DNA of 64,000 bases from NCBI GenBank assembly GCA_965223155.1, contig CBDCVR010000014.1, positions 736,001 through 800,000 on the forward strand, read 5' to 3'. The position numbers and the translations under genes are program-made. Of this stretch, positions 38,501 through 47,357 are shown one piece after another. Under the pieces are notes generated by a model that worked only from the letters and a program-made list of their open reading frames with translations, did not search any database and had not been told where the DNA came from. Source of the stretch: Candidatus Multivoradales bacterium (lineage in GTDB: Bacteria > Acidobacteriota > Thermoanaerobaculia > Multivoradales > JAHEKO01). Numbering within the stretch: the stretch's first letter is position 1; each line of letters begins with the position of its first letter.

Positions 38501-39170
38501 CGCCGACCTGACCTCGCTCGTCCCGGACAGGAATTCGGAGCGCGCCGCCGTGCGCATCCGGACCGCCATGCAGATCTACTGGGACGCCGCCTTCCTGGCC
38601 GTCGGGGACGACGGCTCGAGCGTCCGGACCCATGCGCTTGGCGCGAGCGCGGCCAACCTCCACTACCGGGGCTTCTCGAGCATGGTCCGGTCCTCTCCCA
38701 GCGGTCCGCATCTCTTCGACTACTCCACCACCAGCACCGAGCCGAGGTTCGCCCACATGAACGGCCGCCTCACCCGTTTCGGCGAGGTCGGCGAGTTGCT
38801 CGACTCCAGCGACGACCGCTACGTCATCATGGGCCCCGGTGATGAGCTAACAGTTCGGCTGCCGTTGACAGATCTGCCGCCGCTGCCGCCGGGATGGACC
38901 CGGGACTTCGCTCTCTACACCGACGGCTGGGTCAAAGACGCCGATCTCAATACCCACGCTTCGGCCACCGTCGAGCCGCTTCCGTACCATGGCATGACCG
39001 CCTATCCGGACCGGCCCGAGCACCGATACCCCGAGACCGAGGACGCCCGCCGCTGGCAGACACGAACGGCGTCACCGGCCTGCCTGGGGCGCTGGCTGCG
39101 CCGCGATTCGCCAACCAGCTCTGTGCTAGAGTGCTTTCCAGCGAATGGACGCTTCGAGCCGAGCCGTTAG
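35529..39170 (+). CDS. putative lipoprotein: TPR + FG-GAP repeats + ASPIC/UnbV + conserved GSCP-initiated C-terminal domain
   Basis: MRLAILGLVVTVLAC lipobox-like signal with GGAG RBS; TPR helices; DxDGDGDxD repeats; NHFGLG; LKGSCPFLYTWNG; DGWVKDAD. Confidence 0.82.
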   Translation: MRLAILGLVVTVLACAGAGAGTGGGASSDPSGDPSGDPSGATAEMTDELRWRRAAELRSLGLADLEEGDFERAAEAFSELARLLPDNVLPPINLAICHARLNRTAEAQAEIDRASRLRPDNPQLLFALASLLSEPASEPSPPSTALAARLNEALTRFSRAHPGDPRPAYLRALAAEARDDWVEAVDAYADALDRDPDNLVLMAERLAAAGNAGDLEAASDAVDALEDRLNGFGPAEAEFAERIRQAAFAGETAALRPAGQVLRNVLRPTELYQVGLRGLAGRAIGAGRLGLFPQLDFDPPLPKSVQGGQDIEITFRALGKSVSFGAGSGGHALLQPVAASFLGSESESDDKERLLASAGGELILLRSADVTAAGASETASGPGAGSKLDLELDPSAGDGWPLAAADLDGDGTLDLVLAGEDGGLSVATGPGTPAAVLVGTSGRPPRFVEPVDLDHDGDLDLVVASAAGAVLLQNDGTGRFADRSDLLPAPDSAGSPLRAVAALDSDGDLDLDLIGVFADRVVLWSNPRSGPFQPAVDGAGLGELPGATGLLAEDFDGDGDFDLLLWGDSPALLENSGGSFTPAALPEAAQTTWRLALAADFDNDGDRDVLYQAGDGTTRLLRNRRQHWTVETTGLDPERPDELAAWDFDGDGDLDIATIEAGPEGAGIRLWENRGGNRNAWLRLRLEGLTDNNGKNNSQGLDARIEVRSGDHVQTAAGNGRFNHFGLGASRQAEVVRVVWTNGLPQIWQLVAANRSLVERQVLKGSCPFLYTWNGTEFEFVTDLMWKSTLGMVFADGRKAPHQSARDWVLVSSDALASVNGEAWLQVTEELWETVYLDRLFLVALDRPEGVEVLVDERYLPPPNREELPVHAFRRRMAPAAASDHAGRDVLDRIGTRDGRYVDRLPLTRYQGVTEGQELILEFRDVPAEGRLRLVLQGWTFPTDTSINVALGQNPGLDPVPPRLDVRQPDGSWREAVSFLGFPKGKRKTLIADLTSLVPDRNSERAAVRIRTAMQIYWDAAFLAVGDDGSSVRTHALGASAANLHYRGFSSMVRSSPSGPHLFDYSTTSTEPRFAHMNGRLTRFGEVGELLDSSDDRYVIMGPGDELTVRLPLTDLPPLPPGWTRDFALYTDGWVKDADLNTHASATVEPLPYHGMTAYPDRPEHRYPETEDARRWQTRTASPACLGRWLRRDSPTSSVLECFPANGRFEPSR
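35613..35648 (+). repeat. in-frame 12-bp tandem repeat x3 (DPSG linker)
   Basis: gatccctctggc gatccctctggc gatccctccggc. Confidence 0.85.
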
Positions 39171-39359
39171 CCTGGCCCCGCGAGCCGCCAGGGCCGCAAC
39201 TTCGCTTCCGGCCATCGGTAGCACCGGCTCCGACGTCCTCTCCGCCGAGTCCGGCGGCACCGAACCCGCTCAAGACGATCCCGCCATAGGACGCTCCGCC
39301 GGCAGCCCGCGCGGCGGGCGACCGAGCAAAGCCGTCCCAACCCTCCCCGCGCCGGTCTC

Positions 39360-40694
39360 GTGAGCGGCGCGTTCTGGCCCATCGCCTCGGCTCCCGGAGG
39401 CGGCCTCGCACTGGATCCGGCTCTCGGCCTCGGCCTGGGTCTCTTCCTTGTCTTCCTGAACGGATTTTTCGTCGCCGCCGAGTTCGCGCTCGTCAAGGTC
39501 CGACCGACCCAGATCGATCCCCATGCCAAGGCCGGCGACCGCCGCGCCAAAGTCGCGCGGCACATGCTCACCCACCTCGACGCCTACCTGTCCGCGACCC
39601 AGCTCGGCATCACCCTGGCCAGCCTGGCGCTGGGCTGGATCGGCGAGCCCGCGTTCGCCTGGGTGCTGGAGCCTCTGGTGCTCAAGCTTCCGGGGGCGAC
39701 GCCGGCCCTGGTGCACTCGATCAGCCTGACGGTCGCGTTCCTGGTCATCACCATCCTGCACATCGTCTTGGGCGAGCTGGCTCCCAAGTCGCTCGCCATT
39801 CGCAAGCCCGAACCCACCAGCCTCTGGGTCGCCATGCCCCTGTATCTCTTCTACAAGCTCACCTTCCCGGCTATCTGGGTCCTGAATCATGCCGCCAACG
39901 CCATCCTGCGTCCCTTCGGCATCGAACCGGTCGGCGAAGAGGAGTTGAGCCACGACGAGGAAGAGCTCCGCCTGATCCTGGCCTCGGCTCCCAGCGACCG
40001 CCTGTCCCGCCAGAAGCAGCGCATCCTGGACAACGTCTTCGCCTTTTCGCACATGCCGGCACGCAAGATCATGGTGCCCCGGGCCGACGTCGTCTATCTG
40101 TCCACGGAAGAGTCGATGGAGGACAGCATCGATCGGGCCCGCGAGAGCGGCCACACCCGGTTCCCGCTGTGCGAAGGCGATCTCGACCACATCATCGGCA
40201 TCGTCCACATCAAGGATCTCTTCCGCCGCCGGCCACTGCCCTCCTCGCTGAGCGAGGTCAAGCGCGACATCGCCTTCGTGCCCCAAACCCTGAAGCTGGA
40301 CCGGCTGCTGCGCAGGATGCGAACCGAGAAGGTCCACATCGCCGCCGTCCTGGACGAGTACGGGGGCGTCAGCGGAATCGTCACCCTCGAGAATGTGCTC
40401 GAAGAGCTGGTGGGCGAGATCCAGGACGAGTTCGATCTCGAAGCTCCCGAGATCACCGAGGTGGGTGACGGCGAGTTCCGGGTCGTGGGCTCGACCCTGG
40501 TCGAAGACCTGGAAAGCGCCCTCGAAGTCGAATTCAGCGACCGGGACGAGGATACGGTCGCCGGCGTCGTGCTCTCCGAGCTGGGCCGCAAGCCTCAGGC
40601 CGGAGACACGATCCGCCTCGGCCCGCTCTCGATCCGGGTCACCGAAGTGCGTGGCAACCGCATTCACGTCCTGCGCGTGCGGCGCGAGAGCTGA
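39360..40694 (+). CDS. hemolysin-family / CNNM (DUF21-CBS-CorC) transporter
   Basis: LNGFFVAAEFALV, QLGITLASLALG, GELAPKS, GHTRFP, VLDEYGGVSGIVTLENVLEELVGEIQDEFD. Confidence 0.93.
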   Translation: MSGAFWPIASAPGGGLALDPALGLGLGLFLVFLNGFFVAAEFALVKVRPTQIDPHAKAGDRRAKVARHMLTHLDAYLSATQLGITLASLALGWIGEPAFAWVLEPLVLKLPGATPALVHSISLTVAFLVITILHIVLGELAPKSLAIRKPEPTSLWVAMPLYLFYKLTFPAIWVLNHAANAILRPFGIEPVGEEELSHDEEELRLILASAPSDRLSRQKQRILDNVFAFSHMPARKIMVPRADVVYLSTEESMEDSIDRARESGHTRFPLCEGDLDHIIGIVHIKDLFRRRPLPSSLSEVKRDIAFVPQTLKLDRLLRRMRTEKVHIAAVLDEYGGVSGIVTLENVLEELVGEIQDEFDLEAPEITEVGDGEFRVVGSTLVEDLESALEVEFSDRDEDTVAGVVLSELGRKPQAGDTIRLGPLSIRVTEVRGNRIHVLRVRRES

Positions 40695-40769
40695 GCACCG
40701 AGCCGGCCTCTTCGCGAACATCCGGCGGAAGGTCCCACCGCGTCCCCGAACCCTGGTGATAGCCGCGGG

Positions 40770-42485
40770 CTAGCTGGGGGTCTCTTCCAGAAGCAGGTCC
40801 AAGACCTTCGTCACGGCCTCGCGCACCGGTACGTCGAGCCGTTCTCGATCCCGGCGCAGCGAGACCTCGACCTTGCCATCGGCCAGGGACTTCGAGCCCA
40901 CGACCACGCGTAGCGGAAATCCGACCAGGTCGGCATCCTTGAACTTCACCCCCGGGCGCTCGTCGCGGTCGTCCAGCAAAGTATCGACACCCTTGGCGAC
41001 GAGCTCCTCGTAGATACGTTCGGCGGCCGTGACCACCTCGTCATCCTTGCCGCCCAGGGGCACGACCACGACCTCGAAAGGCGCCAGCGGCACCGGCCAG
41101 ATGACGCCATCGTCGTCGTGGTTCTGTTCGATCGCCGCGGCCACGGTCCGGCCGATGCCGAGCCCGTAGCAGCCCATGATCATGGGATGGCTGGTGCCTT
41201 GATTGTCCAGGAAGTCGCAACCCATCGCCGCCGAGTACTTGTCCCCAAGCTTGAAGATATGCCCGACCTCGATGCCCCGTGACAGGACCAGGGGCTTGGC
41301 GCAGTTCGGACAGCCGTCGCCTTCTTCGACCAGGAGGACGTCCTCGAAGCGGGCCAGGTCGAGATCGCGTTCCAGCGCCCCGCCCACCAGGTGAGCGTCC
41401 GCCTTGTTCGCTCCGCACACGAAATTGGCCAGGCCCTCGATCGAGCGGTCCGCCACCATCCGCACCGAGGAATCCAGGCCGATGGGTCCGGCGAAGCCCA
41501 CCGGGGCTCCGGTCAGCGACTCCACCATGGCGTCCCCGGCCAGCTCCAGCTCCTGGACGTCGAGGACGTTCTTCAACTTGACCTCGTTGACCTCTCGATC
41601 GCCCCGCACCAGGGCCGCGACAGGTCCTTCCTCGGTCGTGTAGAGCAGGGTCTTGACCACGCGCTCGGGGGCGATGCCGAGATGGGCCGCGACCTCGGCG
41701 ACGCTCGTCATCCCCGGAGTGGCGACCTCTTCGAGCGCGGCCGGGGCAATCTCCTCCGGAGGCTTGAGAGACGTCTCGGCCCGCTCCTGATTGGCTCCGT
41801 AACCGCAGGACTCGCAGCGCAACACCGCGCTCTCGCCGGTATCGGCCACCACCATGAACTCGTGCGAAGCCGAGCCGCCGATGGCTCCGCTGTCCGCCTC
41901 GACCCTGGTGAAGTCGAGCGCGCAAGCCGTGAAGATGCGCTCGTAGGCCGTGCCCATGGCTTCGTAGGCCTCCTCGAGGCTGGCATCGTCCACGTGGAAG
42001 GAGTAGGCGTCCTTCATCAGGAACTCGCGTCCCCGCATCAGGCCGAAGCGCGGCCGGATCTCGTCGCGAAACTTGGTCTGGATCTGGTACAGGTTGAGCG
42101 GCAGTTGCCGGTAGCTGGTGACGTCCTTGCGCACGATGTCCGTGACGATCTCCTCGTGCGTGGGCCCGAAGCAGAAGTCCCTGTCGTGCCGGTCCTGCAT
42201 GCGCAGGAGCTCCTTGCCGTACTGCTTCCAGCGGCCCGATTCCTGCCACAGAGCGGCCGGCTGAATTGCCGGCATCCCCAGCTCGACGCTGCCGGCCGCG
42301 TCCAGCTCGCGCCGCACGATGGCCATGAGCTTGCGCAAGCTGCGCCAGCCCAGGGGCAGGTAGCTGTAGATGCCGGCGGCGGCCTTACGGATCATTCCAG
42401 CCCGCACCATGAGTTGGTGGCTCACAACCTCGGCATCGCTCGGTACTTCACGGGTGGTGTAGAGGTAATAGTTGCTCCAACGCAT
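40770..42485 (-). CDS. proS: proline--tRNA ligase (with INS editing domain)
   Basis: SHQLMVRAGMIR, GPTHEE, QTKFRDEIRPRFGLMRGREFLMKDAYSF, GIEVGHIFKLG, MGCYGLG. Confidence 0.98.
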   Translation of the reverse strand: MRWSNYYLYTTREVPSDAEVVSHQLMVRAGMIRKAAAGIYSYLPLGWRSLRKLMAIVRRELDAAGSVELGMPAIQPAALWQESGRWKQYGKELLRMQDRHDRDFCFGPTHEEIVTDIVRKDVTSYRQLPLNLYQIQTKFRDEIRPRFGLMRGREFLMKDAYSFHVDDASLEEAYEAMGTAYERIFTACALDFTRVEADSGAIGGSASHEFMVVADTGESAVLRCESCGYGANQERAETSLKPPEEIAPAALEEVATPGMTSVAEVAAHLGIAPERVVKTLLYTTEEGPVAALVRGDREVNEVKLKNVLDVQELELAGDAMVESLTGAPVGFAGPIGLDSSVRMVADRSIEGLANFVCGANKADAHLVGGALERDLDLARFEDVLLVEEGDGCPNCAKPLVLSRGIEVGHIFKLGDKYSAAMGCDFLDNQGTSHPMIMGCYGLGIGRTVAAAIEQNHDDDGVIWPVPLAPFEVVVVPLGGKDDEVVTAAERIYEELVAKGVDTLLDDRDERPGVKFKDADLVGFPLRVVVGSKSLADGKVEVSLRRDRERLDVPVREAVTKVLDLLLEETPS

Positions 42486-42488
42486 CGG

Positions 42489-44330
42489 CTAGTCGCTCTC
42501 CCTCTCGTGCACGCGGCGGAACGTCCGGTTCGCCTCCTTCATGCACTCCATCATGGTCCGCTGCACGGACACTTCGCTGCCCTCGGCAACCCGGGCCCGC
42601 TCCAGAACGTCCCGAGCCTCCTCGCTCGCGCCTGCCGCCAGGAGCGCCATGCCCAGATGGGTCAGGGTCGGAGCCGAAGGCGCCAGCTCGCTCGAGCGGG
42701 TCAGAAACTCCACCGCCTGAGGGTACTCCTCACGCTTGTAGTGGACCCAACCCAGGGCCGCCAGTGGGAACTGACGAAGCTCCTCGGGCGCGGTCTCGAG
42801 CGAGCTTTGAGCCAGCTCCAGCGCGCGATCCAGGTCCTCGTCCATCTCCGCCAGGCTGAAGGCCATCTCGTAGTACGCGATGGTCCGGGCGAAGTTGGAG
42901 GACCCCTCCTCGAGCAGCCGCCGTCCCACCCGGTAGCCCTCTCGGAAGCGGCCCTCCGAGCGCAAGCTCTCGATCAGTGTCGCGCAGGCCGTGGCTCGCA
43001 GCATCTCGTCGGTGTCCAGCTCAAGCAGCCGTCGGGTGGCATGCTGGCTGTCTTGGGAGCGCCGTCCTTCGAGGCAGGCCAGCGCGAACGTGATCAGCAA
43101 CGTCGGGTTGTCCGGATCGGAGTCGAGAGCCTTGCGGTAGTACTGAAGCGCCCGGTCCTGGTTGTCGCCGGCCTCCTCGGCCTTGTCCAGGAGCAGGCGC
43201 GCCGGCTGGGCCACCTCGGGCAGCGGAAAGTCCGTGTGCCCCGACAGATAGCGCACCAGATCCTCGTAGCGAAGCTTCTTGGGATTCAGCCTCTGCGCGG
43301 CTCGAAAGGCCCCCAGGGCCTTCTTGCGCCAGCCGCGATCCAGATAGGCCAGACCCAGAAGGTGATAGGCCTCCTCGTGGGCCGGATCTCGCCGCACGGT
43401 CTCTTCCAAAGTGTTGACCGCCTTGGCCGGGCGGCCCATCTCGTAGTAGCAGTTCGAGAGCAGGAACAGAGCCTCGGGCACGGCGTCCAGGGCCACGGCC
43501 TTCTCCAGCAGCACCACCGCTCGCGACAGCTTGCCGCGGGCGGCGTAGACCGCCCCCAAGCTGAAGGACGGCAAAAACGCATCCGGATGTTGCGCCAGCG
43601 CGCGCTGCAGCAACTCCTCGGCGCCGGCCGCATCGCCCCGCTCGTGCAAGATCACGCCTGTGTAGACCAGGCCCTCGTAGTGCTCGGGCGCGGCCCGCAG
43701 CACGTCCTGGAAGAACTCGAGCGCCCGGTCGATGTCGCTGTCGTTGAAGTAGGTCTCGCCCAGAAAATAGGCCAGCTCGTAGTTGTCCCGGTCCAGCCGG
43801 TAGGCGGTCTCCAGCGCCTGGAGAGCCCGCTCGACGTCGAAACCCGCCAGCGCGTACTCCGCGTCCTCCAGAAGCTCCACGAACACCGAGCGGCGCTCGC
43901 CGTTGTAGAGGGCGGCGATCCGGTCCTTCAGCTCGACGAACCGCTGCCGCTTCTCGAGCGCCAGGAGCTGGTAGTCCATGCGCACCTGCCAAAGCTCGTT
44001 CCACTCGTCGTCGCCGACGATCTGCTTCTCGCCCAGGATCTCCCGTAACGCCGCGACGCCGGTCTGGTTGACCAGGATGCTGCGCTCCTGCTTGTGCAGA
44101 GCGGACATCAACTGCCGGATGGTCTCGGCCGAGTGCTTGACGGCTTCCTCGAGAATCGAGATTCGCTCGAGCAGGTGCTCGTCGAAGGAAAAGTCCTCGT
44201 GGGCTCCCTGGGCCTCGAACTCGGCCGACGCCTCGGCGGGCTGACCCGACAGTACGAGCAGCTTGTTATGGCAGCGAGCGCAGTACTCGGCGTCTTCGCT
44301 GTTCCAAGCCCGGCAGACCTGGCAGAACAT
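42489..44330 (-). CDS. zinc-ribbon + coiled-coil + TPR protein
   Basis: MFCQVC..N..YCARC zinc ribbon, heptad region, many TPR repeats. Confidence 0.85.
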   Translation of the reverse strand: MFCQVCRAWNSEDAEYCARCHNKLLVLSGQPAEASAEFEAQGAHEDFSFDEHLLERISILEEAVKHSAETIRQLMSALHKQERSILVNQTGVAALREILGEKQIVGDDEWNELWQVRMDYQLLALEKRQRFVELKDRIAALYNGERRSVFVELLEDAEYALAGFDVERALQALETAYRLDRDNYELAYFLGETYFNDSDIDRALEFFQDVLRAAPEHYEGLVYTGVILHERGDAAGAEELLQRALAQHPDAFLPSFSLGAVYAARGKLSRAVVLLEKAVALDAVPEALFLLSNCYYEMGRPAKAVNTLEETVRRDPAHEEAYHLLGLAYLDRGWRKKALGAFRAAQRLNPKKLRYEDLVRYLSGHTDFPLPEVAQPARLLLDKAEEAGDNQDRALQYYRKALDSDPDNPTLLITFALACLEGRRSQDSQHATRRLLELDTDEMLRATACATLIESLRSEGRFREGYRVGRRLLEEGSSNFARTIAYYEMAFSLAEMDEDLDRALELAQSSLETAPEELRQFPLAALGWVHYKREEYPQAVEFLTRSSELAPSAPTLTHLGMALLAAGASEEARDVLERARVAEGSEVSVQRTMMECMKEANRTFRRVHERESD

Positions 44331-44582
44331 CAGTCGGGCGCGCCCGGCGGCTTGGCCGAGCCGTGGACGAAGCCGACTCTCTCGACTCTCTCAAAAGGGC
44401 GCATCGTGGGACGTTCCGGAGGGAAGGGCCGCCGCGCGCCTCCGGAGCACACACCCGGCGACATCGCTCGACCGGCAGCGAGCGTACGAGATCGCCCCAA
44501 GGGGGTCAAGCGGGCCAAGTCGGGCCAAGCGCAGCAGGTCCGGCAGGCGGAACGGGCGCCGGATCCAGCGGATGGGCGAGAG

Positions 44583-45620
44583 TCACAGGGCGCCCGGAAC
44601 CCTGGTCTCAACCCAGCCGTTCGAGCGGCCCAGGCGCGTCTCCAGAGCGGTCCCCACTCCGAGAAGCGTCACCACGGTCCAGATCCACACCCCGGCCACC
44701 GGCACGAACTTGGCGAGTCCCAACACCAGCAGGCCGACCACGAGGGCGTTGAGCGGACTCCAGCGTCTACCGAAACGTTGGCCCAGGCGTCGAGTAATCC
44801 AATTGCCCGCGGCATGGAACACCGCCACGCTGCCCCAGAGCTTCAGGAACAGCAGGATCAGAACGACCAGGAACAAGAGCGGGGCGCCCACCACCGAAGC
44901 CGCCCACGAGCTCAAGAACAGGGCGGTCAGAAACAGACTCAAGACACCGCCCAGCCCCAGCAGGAACATGCGCATGGGATTGGCGCCGAGTCGCTCCGAG
45001 GCGGTCAAGACCTCCCGCCCGGTAATCGCCATCGCCAGGGTCGACCACAGCAACCACGCGGCGACGAGCGCCAGCTTGGCGCCCACCACCACGCCGGAAA
45101 ACGCCGGCAGTCCAAGGGTCGGTCCTTCCAGCAACACCAACCAAGCCGAGCTCACGGTCGGATAGGAAACCGATCGACCGCCGATGACCGAGCCTCTCTT
45201 GGCGGCGATCTTCCCACCCAGGACGAAGACATCGCCGCCGACGCGGGCACGCTCGGCCAGAACCGCATCGCCGCCCAGCACGATGAGATCGCCACCAATC
45301 GAGCCCGAAACCCGAACCGAGCCGTTGACCGCGACCGCGTCCGAGCGCGCCTCACCCCGAACCTCGAGGTCCCTGCCCAGGGCGATAACCTGCCGCCGGG
45401 CAACGCTGCCCTCGGCCACGGTCAGGGCCGGCGCTTCGGAGGCGGATGCCGGCGCGGCCGGCCAGCCCGCTAGCGCTAGCACAACCGCTATCGCGGCTCC
45501 GCCGACGCCGAAGCACTGGGGCCAAGGGCTCCACGGCCTCCGGAGACCTTGGCACCTGCCGGACCACACCCAAGCGGATCCGAGTGGCGGGCGGCGGCAG
45601 GCTAGCGGTTGCAAGTCCAT
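44583..45620 (-). CDS. membrane protein with bactofilin-like (polymer-forming) beta-helix and 4-5 TM helices
   Basis: V.G.V.GD...GG.V repeats followed by hydrophobic helices; start uncertain. Confidence 0.75.
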   Translation of the reverse strand: MDLQPLACRRPPLGSAWVWSGRCQGLRRPWSPWPQCFGVGGAAIAVVLALAGWPAAPASASEAPALTVAEGSVARRQVIALGRDLEVRGEARSDAVAVNGSVRVSGSIGGDLIVLGGDAVLAERARVGGDVFVLGGKIAAKRGSVIGGRSVSYPTVSSAWLVLLEGPTLGLPAFSGVVVGAKLALVAAWLLWSTLAMAITGREVLTASERLGANPMRMFLLGLGGVLSLFLTALFLSSWAASVVGAPLLFLVVLILLFLKLWGSVAVFHAAGNWITRRLGQRFGRRWSPLNALVVGLLVLGLAKFVPVAGVWIWTVVTLLGVGTALETRLGRSNGWVETRVPGAL

Positions 45621-45785
45621 CTCAAGAAACGCGGGCCGTCCTTTGACCTTGATCGGCCTAGTCGATCCGACTTGTCGGCGGAACAACTCCTGACACACCG
45701 AGTCTATCCGGCGACGGCGGCCGCCGCGCTTCGATCCAACTTCTCGGGCCAGAGTCTCGGGCCATTCTGGGCCCGCTCTCGGACG

Positions 45786-46421
45786 CTAACCCGAAGGAGC
45801 GTCGCCGCCGGGGGTCGAGCTCCGGCCCTCCCGGCCGGAGCGGCCAGAACGAGCGCCGGCGGCCGCCGTGCTCCGCGCTCGCAGGTAGCGCAGGAACAGA
45901 AAGTCGACTCCCAGCACGAAGATCCCAAAGACCAGAAAGCCGATACGGGACAGGGACGAGAGCTCGGCGAGCGCCAATCCCATGCCCGCCCATGACGCCG
46001 ACAGCAAGCCGGCTCCGGCCAGAGCCGCGGAACGGAAGAACTCCAGCACCGCCCCCGCCGTCGCCAGCCAAGGCCGGGCCATCTCGAGACCGGTGCCCTC
46101 GACCGCGAGCCAGGAGCCGACGCCAGCAAGCAGCAACACCAGCGCGGCCGGCAACCTCCACGCCGCCGGCCGGCGCATCTCCCACGCCGCCGCCGGCAGC
46201 TCGGACATCACCTGAGCGGCGAAGTCCGGATCCGGCTGAATCGCCGCCGACTCGAGCACCTCGGCCAGCCGCCGCCCCTCGGTGCGCAGGGCTCGGCAGC
46301 TCGCGCACCGCAGAGCGTGCTCGTCAAGACGGCGCCGTTCGACAGACGTCAGCTCGCCATCGGCCTCGAGAAAGGCAAGCTCTTCGAACAGAGCGTGATC
46401 GGTGGGGGGGTTGGTGGTCAT
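45786..46421 (-). CDS. zinc-binding anti-sigma factor (zf-HC2/ZAS), membrane-bound
   Basis: DGEL...EHALRCASC (HxxxCxxC) followed by TM helices; directly downstream of the ECF sigma. Confidence 0.88.
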   Translation of the reverse strand: MTTNPPTDHALFEELAFLEADGELTSVERRRLDEHALRCASCRALRTEGRRLAEVLESAAIQPDPDFAAQVMSELPAAAWEMRRPAAWRLPAALVLLLAGVGSWLAVEGTGLEMARPWLATAGAVLEFFRSAALAGAGLLSASWAGMGLALAELSSLSRIGFLVFGIFVLGVDFLFLRYLRARSTAAAGARSGRSGREGRSSTPGGDAPSG

Positions 46422-46469
46422 CGGTGCGGTGGGGTTCGAGAATCGATTGAGCTTGGCGAGCGGCGGGCC

Positions 46470-47057
46470 TCAGTCCACGAGAAAGTCGGCCAGCTTCTCC
46501 TTGAGCATCTGGCGCGCTCGAAACAGCTTGTTCTTTACGGTGCCCAGGGGCATGTCCTTGGTCTTGGCGATCTCGTCATAGGAAAGCTCTCCAAAGTGGC
46601 GCATGACGATCAGTTCCCGGTACTCCCAAGGCAGCTCTCGAATCGCCTGGGTGATGGCCTCACCGCGCTCGACGTTGCGGAGCTCGCCGTAAGGACCGCG
46701 GTCGTCGCCGGCAAACTCCCACTGGCCATCGCTATCCGGATCGCGACTCGGCCGGTCCATGGAGACCAGCTGGAGGCGCCGTTTCCGGAGACGATCGATT
46801 GCCGCATTCTGGCCGACCCGAAAGAGCCACGTCGAAAACTTGTAGCGAGGATCATACCGATCGAGAGCTTGATAGGTCTTGAAGAAAACCTCTTGCGCCA
46901 GGTCGTGGGCCTCCCCCACATCCCGGAGCAGCCGATAGAGGAAATTCACCAGCCGCCCCTGGTACCTGATTACGAGATCGCCGTATCGCTCTTTGTCTCC
47001 TTTCAGGACTTCCGCCACGATCTCCTGGTCGGTCGCTTGCGGAGCGTCACTCGTCAT
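46470..47057 (-). CDS. ECF RNA polymerase sigma factor (SigW/RpoE-like)
   Basis: AHDLAQEVF, FSTWLFRVGQNAAIDRLRK, LSYDEIA..PLGTVKNKLFRAR. Confidence 0.95.
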   Translation of the reverse strand: MTSDAPQATDQEIVAEVLKGDKERYGDLVIRYQGRLVNFLYRLLRDVGEAHDLAQEVFFKTYQALDRYDPRYKFSTWLFRVGQNAAIDRLRKRRLQLVSMDRPSRDPDSDGQWEFAGDDRGPYGELRNVERGEAITQAIRELPWEYRELIVMRHFGELSYDEIAKTKDMPLGTVKNKLFRARQMLKEKLADFLVD

Positions 47058-47093
47058 AGTGGTACGGCGGCTTCGAGGAAAGGTTGCAGGGGC

Positions 47094-47261
47094 TCAGGAG
47101 CGGCCCTGCTCGAGCTTGCGGCCCACCAGAAAGAGCAGGCCGCCAACCGCCAGCAGGCCCACCTCCAGGCGCAGCGCGTCGTAGGCCAGCCCGACCAGTA
47201 GCGCCGTTCCAACGACGACCAGAGCCAGAAACTGGAGCAACCAGGAAAGCGTGCCGAGCAT
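47094..47261 (-). CDS. small two-TM membrane protein (55 aa), below the ORF-track cutoff
   Basis: MLGTLSWLLQFLALVVVGTALLVGLAYDALRLEVGLLAVGGLLFLVGRKLEQGRS; GC3-rich codons; TAGACT 8 nt upstream of ATG; fills the gap upstream of the sigma gene. Confidence 0.7.
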   Translation of the reverse strand: MLGTLSWLLQFLALVVVGTALLVGLAYDALRLEVGLLAVGGLLFLVGRKLEQGRS

Positions 47262-47357
47262 CGCGGCCGAGTCTACCCGAGGCGCGCACGGCCTCCGTCG
47301 AGCCGGCCGACTGCGAAATGGATCGTTGGCGCGATGAGCCGCCCTCGAGCCGGGCCG

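Noticed and set aside
279-39170. Recurrent gacggcgacggcgac / gatctcgatctc motifs as a CRISPR-like or DNA repeat family
   Set aside because: They encode DGDGDLD FG-GAP loops, with no constant repeat-spacer periodicity.
41391-44048. 885-aa plus-strand ORF (similarly 32688..34943, 60023..62611, 11538..12875)
   Set aside because: Shadow ORFs antisense to or out of frame with clear genes (proS/TPR, UnbV, pilQ, gene A), with no recognisable motifs.
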